DNA of 32,777 nt from Octopus sinensis (Eukaryota). Positions 1 through 11,623 of this stretch are shown here, piece after piece. Positions within the stretch are counted from its first letter, which is position 1. The number at the start of each line of letters is the position of its first letter. Below the pieces are notes generated by a model, which saw only the letters and a list, made by a program, of their open reading frames with translations, was not told the origin of the DNA and ran no database searches. A program made the position numbers and the translations under genes. The DNA is taken from positions 1 through 32,777 of the forward strand of contig NW_021832739.1 of assembly GCF_006345805.1 (NCBI RefSeq), written 5' to 3'.

Positions 1-347
1 ATGTTGTCACTATGTAATCCACAGAAACATTAAATACGCCATGTTTTTTTTATTTGTATTACTTTTTTATATCACAACACCCATAGAGCTTATAATTCCA
101 CTGCTTTCTTTCATTATTGTTTATCTTCGTTTCCTATTAACCTGCGGCCATTTTGGTTTCTAATAACACTGTATTCACGCTTTGTAACGCTTATTATATT
201 GAAAGACGAGAGAAAAACCATGACTCCCTTATAAGTAATCATAGCTTTCAGCTGATGATATAGATAGATTATATAAATCAAGGATGTTATAAACTAATGA
301 GATCTTTTATCACTATGTCATTTTGCTATTTTCACGAATGGTCACAC

Positions 348-392
348 CCTAATATATACATATATGTTGATATATATCTGTATGTTATATGC

Positions 393-467
<75 letters not shown>

Positions 468-489
468 AATATATATATATATTATATAT
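348..489. repeat. (TA)n microsatellite
   Basis: Direct reading; imperfect TA run. It produces the YI-rich ORFs at 297-549. Confidence 0.95.
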
Positions 490-676
490 CTGGTTGAAAT
501 TTATGAGAAAAATAAAAGACGAAGACAGGTGTATGGACAACAAGGTTAGTAGTTTGACACTCGCAAAAATGAAAAAAAAGTCTTTTATATTCGAGCCTAT
601 GCTCTTCAGCAGAAGGGACACAGAAAAACAAGGAGAGAAAAAAATGTGTGCAGTGGCTAACGATCTATCAGGGCGA
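490..676 (-). mobile_element. Short PLE/pLTR-like repeat (family H1) embedded in (TA)n, carrying a decayed hammerhead-like motif
   Basis: Shares AAGACGAAGACAGGTG and the GAGC-N4-GCTC-GAA block with 20893-21100 and, in the opposite orientation, 22020-22165. TA runs lie on both sides. Confidence 0.6.
580..618 (-). ncRNA. Decayed minimal type-I hammerhead-like motif (family H1)
   Basis: Minus strand reads ccctt CTGCTGA a GAGC atag GCTC GAAtata aaagac. Stem II is intact, core position 6 is C, and GAAAC is damaged. Confidence 0.4.
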
Positions 677-796
677 TATATATATATATCTATATATATA
701 TTATATATATTATATATATATACATATATATACATATACACATGGTATTCTTCTATGACAAAGGTCTATAGGAATATATGATGAGCATAAACAGAT

Positions 797-1100
797 TAAT
801 CTTTCTCAATACATGCTCTGTATAAAATAAGTACCAGTTTAGGCCTAGACTCGATAATATCGACTAACATCCTCTCCAAAATTTCAGACTTTATGTCTAT
901 AACAGAAAGAGGCGCACCGGGAAAATGTTTAGCGGCATTCCTCCCGTCTTTACGTTCTGGGTTCAAATACCACCAAACGTTGATTTTTGCATCTCATTCT
1001 CTCCAGGTTGATAAAATAAGTAGTAGTTGAGTACTGGGTTGATGTATCCGACTTTTCCCATCTCCCGAAATGAGTGGCCTTCCGCCAAAATTTGAGACCG
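797..1100 (+). mobile_element. Two decayed SINE family C fragments in tandem (about 797-910 and 912-1100)
   Basis: AAAATAAGTACCAGTT, GGTTCAAATACC (B-box-like) and AAATGTTTAGCGGCATT match the better copies at 18773-19534. Confidence 0.7.
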
Positions 1101-1102
1101 TG

Positions 1103-1117
1103 ATATTATTTATTATA

Positions 1118-1148
<31 letters not shown>

Positions 1149-1472
1149 TGATTATTATTATTATTATTATATTTCATTATATTATTATTATATTATTATT
1201 ATTATTATTATTATATTATATTAGTATATTATTATTCATTATTATCATTATTATTATTATTATTATAATATTTATTATTATTATATTATTATTATTATAT
1301 TATTATTATATGTATTATCATATTATTATATTATCATTATTATTTATGTTATTATTATTATTATTATATTATTATCATTATTATTATTATCACTATTATT
1401 ATTATTATATTATTATGATTATTATTATTATATTATTATATTATTATTATTATTATTATTATTATTATCATT
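1103..1472. repeat. Long imperfect (ATT)n microsatellite
   Basis: Direct reading; the source of the poly-I/Y/L ORF 1070-1474. Confidence 0.95.
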
Positions 1473-1960
1473 GAGCGAAACGTCAGCGCGTGTCATCAAA
1501 ATGACACTGGGGTATAAATATATTGTTGTTGTTACTGTTACTGTTCTTGTTCTTGTTTCTGTCCTCATCCTCCTCTTCCTCCTTCTTCTTCTTTATGTTG
1601 TTTTTTTTGTTGTTGTGCGTAACATTCGTTAAGTGTTTGATACTTCCCTCTTGTTTATAATGTTGTTATTGTTATTCTTGTTGTTTTTGTTAATTATTGA
1701 TTATCATTGTTGTCATCATTATCGCTTAAATGCTTCTTGTTCACTTATTGTGTTATGTGTTTAGTTTGTTAGTCATATTGTCGGCAAACCGCTCATTGTT
1801 GTGGTTGCTATTGTTACTACTATTTCAGGCCTTGTACCTTTAGTAGAAAGGATTATTATTATTATTATTATATTATTATTATATTATTATTATTATTATT
1901 ATACAAAATGGCTGACGGTTAGTAAGGAGAGACGCAAATAAGAAAGAAGAAAAGAAAGGA

Positions 1961-2000
1961 CCACTGATGCGGTCACAGGAGTGTGACGAAAGAACTCTGG
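1961..2000 (+). ncRNA. Type-I hammerhead-like motif with A9C substitution (family H2)
   Basis: cca CTGATGC g GTCAC aggagt GTGAC GAAA g aa CTC tgg. Stem I is cca/tgg, stem II is a perfect 5 bp, followed by GAAA and a CUC triplet at 1995-1997. Confidence 0.55.
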
Positions 2001-2178
2001 CCGAAATAAGATTAAGATTAATGTAAAAAATACATAACACTGAAGCAAAGTAACACCAAATATATAGTGTGTGTGTTTTTATTGGCTAAACTGGCAAAAT
2101 GACCATTCCGAAATATAACAATATCTATTTTCAACACACGACTTCACATAAAAAATCTTGCACAACAAATATATAAAC

Positions 2179-2180
<2 letters not shown>

Positions 2181-2223
<43 letters not shown>

Positions 2224-2276
2224 TATTATTATTATTATCATCATCATCATCATCATCATTATTATTATTATTAATG

Positions 2277-2310
<34 letters not shown>

Positions 2311-2325
2311 TTGTTGCTGTTGTTG
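2181..2325. repeat. Compound (ATT)n-(ATC)n-(GTT)n microsatellite
   Basis: Direct reading. Confidence 0.95.
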
Positions 2326-2329
2326 CTGC

Positions 2330-2545
2330 TGGTGATGTCGATATTGTTGCGTTTGTGTCGTTGTTGTTGGGCAATTTGCTTAGACTGCCCTATATAAAAT
2401 TTGATGTACTTTTCGTTATGTTTGACGTCACTACTTTGCTGCGTAGCTTGGTATTGGCATCGATGCTTCTCTTATGAAGATTCTTGCGGTTCCATATGTT
2501 TTGCGATTATTGCCAGTATTCCTTTTTATTAGCTTCTGAGATCTT
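2330..2545 (-). mobile_element. Possible highly decayed REL-LINE 3' end with (AAC)n tail
   Basis: Minus strand gives KTYGTARIFIRE, resembling the GTARI(L/T)RK C-terminus seen at 12646 and 13442, and runs into an (AAC)n tract. The match is weak. Confidence 0.25.
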
Positions 2546-2599
2546 CACATACATACATACCCACTCCCATATGTATATATCAGCATAAATATATGTGCT

Positions 2600-2735
2600 G
2601 ATATATATATATATATATGTATATATATACATATATATATGTAATATATATATATATATGTATATATAATGTATTATATATATATATATATTATATATAT
2701 ATTATATATATAGATATATATATATAGATAGATAT

Positions 2736-2833
<98 letters not shown>

Positions 2834-2850
2834 ATATTTATACATATACA
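2600..2850. repeat. (TA)n microsatellite
   Basis: Direct reading. Confidence 0.95.
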
Positions 2851-3330
2851 TTCGGCTGCGTGGTGGTAAGAAACTTGCTACTCAACCACATGGTTCCGCG
2901 TTCAGTCCACTACGGGGCACCTCGGGCTGTATATATATACATATATATATATATATTATATATATATGTATATACAGCCCCAGGCCGACCAAAGCCTTGT
3001 GAGTGGATTAATAGAGGGAAAATGAAAGAAACCCGACGTTGTAATATAATATATATTATATATATATAGATATATATATAAAATTATATACATATATATA
3101 TATACATATACATATATACACACATACACATATGTGTGGTTTGTGTATCTGTTTGCCTACCCACCATCGCTTGACAGCTGTTGCTGGTGTCTTTACGTCC
3201 CCGTAACTTAGCGGTTCGGCAAAAGACACGGAAGAAATAATTACTAGACTTACAAAGATTTGTGCGACTAAAGACCGTGCTGCAGCATGTCAGCAGTCAA
3301 ATGACTGAAACAAGTAAAAGAAAAGAAAGA
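2851..3330 (+). mobile_element. tRNA-headed SINE family A, decayed, with two internal TA expansions
   Basis: Head GGTAAGAAACTTGCTACTCAACCACATGGTTCC, body GGCCGACCAAAGCCTTGTGAGTGG and tail CAGTCAAATGACTGAAACAAGTAAAAG match the 4865 copy. Confidence 0.85.
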
Positions 3331-3356
3331 AAAGAATATGTATATATATACATATC

Positions 3357-3648
3357 TCCGTGACCGACCAGGTTATCAGATGTTGCTACACATCGCCGGT
3401 CACAATGCGCTTCGCATTGTTTTAGCCTTCAAATGACCCCCTGGCTAAGCGAGCAGGCCAACAGAAGAAAGAGTGAGAGAAAGTTGTGGCAAAAGTGTAC
3501 AGCAGGGATCGCCACCACCCCCTGCATGAGCCTCGTGAAGCTTTAGGTGTTTTCGCTCAATAAACACTCACAACGCCCGGTCTGGGAATCGAAACCGCGA
3601 TCCTATGACCGCCAGTCCGCTGCCCTAACCACTGGCCATTGCGCCTCC
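3357..3648 (-). mobile_element. tRNA-headed SINE family B with an alternative 3' tail
   Basis: Minus-strand head GGAGGCGCAATGGCCAGTGGTTAGGGCAGCGGAC...GGTTTCGATTCCCAGACCGGGCG (A and B boxes). Head and body are near-identical to 25761-26139; the tail differs. Confidence 0.9.
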
Positions 3649-3675
3649 ACATATATACATATACACACATATATG

Positions 3676-3730
<55 letters not shown>

Positions 3731-3899
3731 GTGTGTGTATATATATATATGTATATATATATATATCTATATATATCTATATATATGCATATATGTCCGT
3801 TTAGTTAACCACATATCCACATACACATATGTGTGTGTTGTTCTTTGCTTTTCTTTGAAGCCCTCTTGGCTTTCGGTCGTATTTACCCTTTGTATCCGT

Positions 3900-4200
3900 T
3901 GCTATTGATACATACTATTTTTATTATTGTTATTCTTTGCTGATCTGATGGTGGTGTTACCGGTGGCAATCGATAGTGGTTTGGCGGCGGTGGCGGTGGC
4001 GATGACGGCGGTTGTGGCAAAGGTGGAAGCAGAGGTGGCAACGGGGCGACGATTGTCTTGTTTGAGCTGACGTGTGTGACGGTGTTGGTCGAAGCCGTCG
4101 AGGCTGATAGTAGTTGTGGTAAGGTTGATGGTAGCGTCGGTGGTTGGGTGTGGGGGAAGCTTGGTTGTTGATATTATTACTGTTGCATTTATGGTGTATG
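3900..4200. repeat. Degenerate GGC/GGT/GTT triplet low-complexity tract
   Basis: Direct reading; it explains the Thr/Ala-rich ORF 3902-4210. Confidence 0.7.
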
Positions 4201-4279
4201 AGAGCTTCATTAGATGCTAAATGTTATATAGAAGCAGACAAAAGAATGAGAAACGGGGGTAGTGCGGCATGGGTGGGTG

Positions 4280-4426
4280 TATATATATATGTATGTACGT
4301 ATTATATATATGTATATATATATACATAAATATATATATATATATGTATAATATGTATATACATACGTATACACATACATATGATGTATATATGTATATA
4401 TACATACATATATCTAAGTATATATG

Positions 4427-4496
<70 letters not shown>
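4280..4496. repeat. (TA)n/(TATG)n microsatellite
   Basis: Direct reading. Confidence 0.95.
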
Positions 4497-4501
<5 letters not shown>

Positions 4502-4864
4502 CATTCAAAGCAATGATTAGTATATTCACGAAACCGGTATGTATTTGAATCTTTAACAATTCATAATAATGACTTTTATTACATTTATTCCTACCTCAGT
4601 TAATCTAATTGTATATATCTATCGTTACTTTTCATAAAACGCCTTTACTTTATACTCATTAAACTGAGAGACTGTCTGATAATGAGGGAACCATTGACTA
4701 GGTTTGAAAAATTTCCCAGTTGAAGAGGCTATTTTATAATTAAAGTGTGACTTGAATTATACTGCATTGCTAATGTTGAGCCGAATGTTTTGGGCTATAT
4801 ATATACGTCTATATATAAATATACTCATGCATATATATTCACCGATATCTGAAAAGTTAACATA

Positions 4865-5037
4865 GGCGCAGGAGTGGCTGTGTGGTAAGTAGCTTGCTAA
4901 CCAACCACATGGTTCCGGGTTCAGTCCCACTGCGTAGCATCTTGGGCAAGTGTCTTCTGCTATAGCCCCGGGCCGACCAATGCCTTGTGAGTGGATCTGG
5001 TAGACGGAAACTGAAAGACGCCTGTCGTATATATGTG

Positions 5038-5070
<33 letters not shown>

Positions 5071-5243
5071 CTGTATTTGTCCCCCTAGAATTGCTTGACA
5101 ACCGATGCTGGAGTGTTTACGTCCCCGTAACTTAGCGATAGAACAAGTACTGGGCTTACAAAGAATAAGTCCCGGGGTTGAGTTGCTCGACTAAAGGCGG
5201 TGCCCCAGCATGGCCGCAGTCAAATGACTGAAACAAGTAAAAG
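4865..5243 (+). mobile_element. tRNA-headed SINE family A, near full length
   Basis: A-box-like TGGCTGTGTGG, B-box-like GGTTCAGTCCC, internal (TA)/(TG) run, and tail GGCGGTGCCCCAGCATGGCCGCAGTCAAATGACTGAAACAAGTAAAAG. Three further copies lie in the window. Confidence 0.9.
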
Positions 5244-5661
5244 GGTATACAGTCCTAATTATACCCGTTTATATGTGTGGATATCACAAGTTAGAGTGAG
5301 GCTTAAACAGATTCAATCATAAAATGCTACACTGGACCCGTCTGCAAAATATTACATAACGTACTTAAATGCATCAAAAGTGTTTTTTGCTTTTTTCTCG
5401 AAATACACTTTTCAAAAATACTAGGGTCGTTTTATTTTTGAGATGTCAGTGTACATGCATTCAAAGACAATCGGCGTATGTTAGTCCATTTAACATACAA
5501 AGGAAAATATGAGAGCTACGTGTGTGTCCGTGCGTGCGCGCTTGTAAACACACAAAAATGCTACAGGCGCAAACACACACTAATGCAAATAGTTGGGAAG
5601 ACGAATATATGTATACATACATATATTATTTATATGTGTGTGGTTTGGTGTGTATATATAT

Positions 5662-5710
<49 letters not shown>

Positions 5711-5945
5711 AGGATGTCTTTATATGTGTATGCTTATATATTATATATATATATATATAAATAAAAAATGGAGTTAACGCAGGTGTAATCAAATATTTTT
5801 ACTTTCGACACATGTTTCGAAAAATCCACTGATACTATTTATAAACAAGAGAGTTACAGCACCTTTACTTATGAGATTTTTGCTGCCCTGGTAACTATTT
5901 ATTTATTTTTTCCGTGTTAATTGTTAACAAGGTAAATATACACTC

Positions 5946-5989
<44 letters not shown>

Positions 5990-6461
5990 TATACATATTT
6001 ATATATGTATGTATTTATTATGTGTTATAATATATATATATATAATATATATATATATATGTATATATACATATGTATGTATGTATTTTTGTATATATGT
6101 ATATGGATATATGCAGTGAGGAAGAGTGAGTAGTGCGTACTTGTGTGTGTGTGTGTGTATGTGTGTGTGAGTGTTGTGTGTGTGTGTGTGTGTGTTTGTT
6201 TGTCCGTGCGTGCTTGGTGACATTTTTTTTATGAACAAGTATTTTAGTCCGCGTTTAAATTTAATTTTCAGGATAAACTTTGCACACTTGAATTTATTTG
6301 TATTAATAAATGTGGGCGAGAGAGGACGAAAATAGATATTCTTATGTACGTTTAGACGTGCCTTCGTATGTGTGTATGTGTGTATGTAATGCATGATATA
6401 TAAAATACAATATAATATATATATATTATATATATCCACACACACAACATATATATAATAT

Positions 6462-6548
<87 letters not shown>

Positions 6549-7082
6549 TATATATATGTATATATGTATGTTCACTTGGTGTTCCTACAACGTGTTCCAA
6601 GTTTCTATCTGATTCATTATCATAGCCAATACATTCATAAGGTTTCAGGAAAATATTTGCAGAGAAATTAAATTAACTATCGTGCATATTTAAGCATTTA
6701 GAATATGTCTATATCTCTCTACATGTATTCATGTCTACATATGCATACATACATGCTACATGTATTATATGCATATATATTATGCATACTTATATTTGTA
6801 CATGAATTTGCATATATATATACATATATATATGTATATATCTTGTTTCGTTACATATATGCGTGTATGTGTGTGTGTAAATATGTATGTGTGTCTGTGT
6901 GTGTATGTATGTATGTATGTATATATGTATAGACAGACATACACATACATACATGCATGCATAAATATATGCATGTATATATACGTACATACATATATAT
7001 ACATACACGCATGCATACATACATACATACCCGCATACATACATACATACCCGCATACATACATTCATATATACATGCGGAT

Positions 7083-8045
7083 ATGTTAGTAGAAAGCTCC
7101 GAGATGATAGTAACATCGATCATCAAAGCAGTTTATCATGGACCAATAGACGGTGTACTACTTCCCACATTCGAGGGTAAGTGTTTGCAATCCAGGAACA
7201 GGAAATATCAACCAAGTACCTGATGCGCAAAAGGGATAGAGATGCAGGAAAAACAGTAAAATATGACAACTGATGCAGACTTTGTAGCGTTAACACCGAA
7301 GATATCACCCACATCATAAACAGTTGTCTGAAAATGTCATCACAGTGTTATCTACCGATGAGACAGGATATTGAATCTAGGACACTCTATAATGAAATCT
7401 ATCGAAAGGATAACCCCGAGAACAAAGAAATAAGAACCCGCAATATGGCAGAAAACATAGCCATTCATAATAAAAAGGAATACTGGTGGAATGTACCGGT
7501 GAAGACCTCAATAAAATGTAAGCACAGCAGACCTGATATAATGATTTGGGATAGAGAAGAGAAACTGTGTACAGCGAATGTTAAGATAAAGCTAAAGAGC
7601 AGCGAAAAAGAGAATACCTACGCTGAACTATTGAGAAACCTGCTGTTATTCTATCCAGATTACAATTTCAGGTGTATACCTGCAACTACTGAGGCCCAAG
7701 GATATGTAACACACTGCATAAATATAAATCTTGAGAAATTAGGTTTCTCAAAACCAGAAAGGAGAAAGCTAATTCGAAGACTATAGAGCCAATCCATCAT
7801 TGGAAGTGTAAAAATCTGTAAAACTATCCAGAAGTTTATCATTTAAATATATATATAAGCATCTCTAGATATGTAACTATATGCACGAGAATACATACAT
7901 ACATACATGCATACATCATGCATACATACATACAAAAATACCCTGTTGTTGATGTTGAAATTACAATGAAAGAGCCTTGAATCTAGGTTAGAAACTGTCT
8001 CTTTCTCTGTTTGCAAGAAATCTTGATATAAAACTAAACAATGAT
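7083..8045 (+). mobile_element. 5'-truncated REL-type non-LTR retrotransposon (R4/Dong-like): CCHC zinc knuckle, restriction-like endonuclease and 3'UTR
   Basis: Frame +2 reads VFAIQEQEISTKYL...*CRLCSVNTEDITHIINSC (CCHC)...KHSRPDIMIWDREEKLC (PD..D-type nuclease)...RRL*SQSIIGSVKICKTIQKFII*, with the natural stop at 7844-7846. Internal stops and frameshifts make it a pseudogene. Confidence 0.85.
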
Positions 8046-8049
8046 ATAC

Positions 8050-8157
8050 ATACACACACATTCATGCATACACACATACATACATACATACATACATACA
8101 TACATACATACATACATACATACATACATACATACATACATACATACATACATACAA
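8050..8157. repeat. (CATA)n microsatellite
   Basis: Direct reading. Confidence 0.95.
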
Positions 8158-8169
8158 ATGCATGCCAGC

Positions 8170-8335
8170 CTGTTTGGAGCAAATTATAGCTGAACTTGTC
8201 TTCTTGAAGAGAACTACAAATAGTCACAACAGCTAGAACAATAAAAATCTGCAAGACTTTCTTAAGATTTAAAGGATTTTAAGCAACACGGGATGCCTTC
8301 CTTTACAACCTTGCAACCAAGTAGGGATCCGTTCA
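8170..8335 (+). mobile_element. 3' end of a related REL-LINE subfamily
   Basis: Encodes LQIVTTARTIKICKTFLRF, similar to the VKICKTIQKF C-terminus of the 7083 element. Confidence 0.5.
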
Positions 8336-8395
8336 AATATGAAAGAGAAGAGCATACGTGTATGCATGCATAGATACATACATACATAACTACAC

Positions 8396-8650
8396 CAATC
8401 TTGAGAAATTAGGCTTCTCAGAACAAGAAACTAGAAAACTAATTCGAAGACTACATATCCAATCCATCACTAGAACTGTAAAAATCTGTAAAACTTTCCA
8501 GAAGTTTATCATTTAAATATGTATGAGCATGTCTAGATATGCAACTATATGCATGAATGACAAACAAAAACATCCTGTTGTCCATGTTGAAACCGCAGAC
8601 CAGCTCTTTCTCTGTTTGCAAGAAATCTTGAAATAAAACTGAACAATGGC
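8396..8650 (+). mobile_element. Second 3' fragment of the same REL-LINE family as 7083-8045
   Basis: Near-identical to 7727-8045 (AATCTTGAGAAATTAGG...GAAGTTTATCATTTAA...TCTCTGTTTGCAAGAAATCTTGA..AAAACT.AACAATG). Confidence 0.85.
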
Positions 8651-8759
8651 ATACATACTGACTGACTGTCTACCGCACAACTTTGATCTCTGTAAGTTTT
8701 ACGCAGGAGAATTATATCAATATTCAACCTACACAAAGGTACAAAGCGTGTTCCCCTTA

Positions 8760-9077
8760 GCTGTGGGATCTTCCGTGGCCTTGAAGTTGTGCGTATATTT
8801 CAGTATTTATTACTTCTAAAACTTATGTGTGTATAAAAATTATGTTCCCATGTAAATATTAATGCATGTGCTAGTGCAGCTCCTGTGGGAGGAGATTGAT
8901 GTATCAGTTGATATAAAGATCTACGGCGTTGCGAGCCAAAGAAGTCGGTCTTGTATATCTGACAAAGAACCTGTAAAGAACCTTCGCAATCCAATTTAAA
9001 TTACGAAAAGATCCGCAACCTATACAGTTCGAACCCACTTTGTACCACCTTGCAAAATCTTCCATAGTAATCCCATA
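8760..9077 (-). pseudogene. Decayed protein-coding segment of unidentified family
   Basis: 57 open, non-repetitive codons (YGITMEDFARWYKVGSNCIGCGSFRNLNWIAKVLYRFFVRYTRPTSLARNAVDLYIN), continuing in frame through stops (*YINLLPQELH*HMH*YLHGNIIFIHT*VLEVINTEIYAQLQGHGRSHS*). The family is not recognised. Confidence 0.4.
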
Positions 9078-9272
9078 TGTGTGTGTGTTTGTGTCTGTGT
9101 ACGTTCGTGTGTGTGTGTGAGAGTGCGTGTCGCCGTCGCCGTGTGTGTCTGTGTGCGAGTGAGAGACTGCATGCGTGTACGCGTGCGTGAGTATATGCAT
9201 TGCATGTGTATGTATGTGTGCACAACGTTGTTTGATTGTGTGTATGAGTACATATATGTGAAACATATATAC

Positions 9273-9719
9273 GAAACCGTAATGAAATGCCGAAGACCTA
9301 ATAGTGGTATATGCGTCAACCTAACTGAGGGATCGGAGTTCTCTGTTAAAGAGGGTAAAAATATTTTACAGTGAAACACAACTTCACATGTGCTTCGGAA
9401 CACTTAACATTAGTATAAACTTTCTCAGGGCGTCGAGAGCAAAACATAGGCCAAACGAAAAACTGTCTACGCCAGAGGATGACCGTACATAGATCCCAGA
9501 TGAAAATTCGGGAAAACACACAAAAAAAAGCATTAAGTGAGCACATCGACAGCTGCGCCACTAATGACAAACCTGAATTCAGAAATGTTAATCTATAAAT
9601 CCAGGGACAATGCAACTTATAATCAGGGTATTAGCAGAAAATTATATTTTATCTCAAAATATAAACCCCTTTTGAATGCTTCCACCACAGATGACACTAC
9701 TAGAAGGATCTTAGAATAA
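9273..9719 (+). mobile_element. Penelope-like element GIY-YIG endonuclease remnant
   Basis: Across frameshifts: KCRRPNSGIC (decayed Cys motif)...FTVKHNFTCASEHL...REQNIGQTKNCLRQRMTVHRSQ...LSEHIDSC...KLYFISKYKPLLN. This matches the YIG.T..L..R..H pattern of PLE GIY-YIG domains; IGQT lies at 9446-9457. Confidence 0.75.
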
Positions 9720-10579
9720 TAGCCACGCAAATATTAAAAACGATATATTCTGGACAGTCACTAACCATGAATTTATTTAGAACAATTCCAATCACAACTA
9801 CTACAACCACAGTTCACTTTTAGGGCACTTGACAATTAACGAAGATTACACGAACCGTCTACTACCGTTATACCACTCCCGTCTTTTCCTTTTCTTTCAT
9901 CTTTCTCTTCTTTCTCTTCTTTTCCTTCCTCTCCGTCTTCCTCTTCGGCTGCTGCTGCTTAAACAATCCAAATCCAGAAGCAACATCCCCTGCACCCGTT
10001 TTAAGCATTTCTTCAGATCTGCTACTACCTTCGAGCCTTCACAAAAGTAAAAGAGTGGGGGACAGAAAAAGGAAAATGTCCTTCCTATTTGAAGACTATG
10101 GAAATATTATTTTTTAAATCATTTCATTTAATTTTTCTTCAATTTAAATAGTTATTCTTACTTTACACGAAATTGTACACGTCGAAAAGAGTAAAACCGG
10201 TGCTAAAATGTTCTTCCTGCTAAAATTATTTTAGCATTCTCTACCTTGTCTTATTTGATATATATATATATATATACCAAAGACTGGAAATGGAAATTTT
10301 AATTAATTTCCATTTCTCTTTGATATGATTAAATATATATGTATATACATACGTGAAAACAAAAGCAGATGCATTTGCGTGTATACATAAAAAAGAAAGA
10401 TGCATACGTACGTACATGCATACATACATACATACATACGCACAGATATCTGTGTGGGTGGGTGCTCCTATGCATGCCTAAATACAAGCATATATATAGA
10501 TACAGAGCTACAACAAAATAGGAAATAAGTACGATAACAATATATTCACTTTTCAGTCTCTCAGTCCAAATAGTTTGCT

Positions 10580-10790
10580 AAGACGATAAACTTCCAAAAT
10601 AATAATGCATGAGATTGAATAATACCAAAATATGGAATCGGTGAGTCGAAACCTTGGGCGAGATCAGCCTGATAGAATAATTGGAGAAAGCAGACGACAT
10701 CTTATTCCCGCAGGAAGAAACGTTTACAGGATTATAAGCACGGCATTATCATCACGAATCACCAGACATCTGGAACAAACTGGTGCCAAA
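10580..10790 (+). mobile_element. Possible decayed LINE reverse-transcriptase N-terminal fragment
   Basis: LIP...NVYRIISTALSSRITRHLEQ resembles the LIPK...YKI.TSI.S.RI..HLE segment of non-LTR RTs. It is short and degenerate. Confidence 0.35.
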
Positions 10791-11142
10791 CTTTGTCTGT
10801 GTACCTATGTGTGTGTATGTGTGTGTGTGCGTAAGTAAGTATTTATATATATATATGTGTAGAAATATATATGTATATGTGTATGTATATTTACAGGCAA
10901 ACATTTGTGTATATGATAATGTACTACATGTGTAGCCGTGTATTAAAATCTGTTCATGTGTTGAGAGATAAAAGAAGATAAAGATATTTTGAGCGCATTT
11001 GTATATTATATGAGTATGTGTTTGAATTTATGCTTGGGAGTGCTTGTATGCATGTCTGTTTGTGTGTGCAAATGACTGAATATATATATGTGTGTGTGAA
11101 TGAATACTCACACACACATATATACATACATATACATGAAAC

Positions 11143-11562
11143 AGGCGTGGATGTGTGGTAAGATGCTTGCATCCCAACTATATGGTTGTGGGTTCATTCC
11201 AACAGCGTGGCACCTCACGCAAGTTTCTTTTACTGCAGCCTCGGGTCGACCAAGGCCTTGTGAATGGATTTGGTAGATGGAACTGAAAGAAACTCGTCTT
11301 GTACATATGTTTGTGTGTTTGTGTGTGTGTATTTATGCATGTGTGTCTTTGTGTCTGTGTCTCTCCCCTAGCATCTCTTGACCACCGATGTTGGTGTGTT
11401 TATGTCCCAGTGACTTAGCGGTTCCACAAAAGAGACCGATAGAATAAGTATTAGGTTTACAAAGAATAAGTCCTGGGGTCAGTTTCTTCGACTAAAACCC
11501 TTTAAGGCAGTGTTCCAGCATAGCCACAGTCAAATGACTGTTACAAGTAAAAGAATAAAAGA

Positions 11563-11564
<2 letters not shown>
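11143..11564 (+). mobile_element. tRNA-headed SINE family A
   Basis: Same head, body and tail as 4865-5243, more diverged. Confidence 0.85.
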
Positions 11565-11609
<45 letters not shown>

Positions 11610-11623
11610 CTATATATATATAT

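Noticed and set aside
4865-4940. tRNA genes at the SINE heads (also 11624, about 26070-26139 and 18773)
   Set aside because: They have A/B boxes but no complete cloverleaf, and they continue into multi-copy SINE bodies.
5331-5453. TACACTG...CAGTGTA as a Tc1-like MITE
   Set aside because: Only 7 bp of terminal inverted match, and the arms diverge immediately after.
9995-10022. Minus-strand CTGAAGA near the PLE remnant as a hammerhead
   Set aside because: There is no closing stem II and no GAAA (it reads AAAACG).
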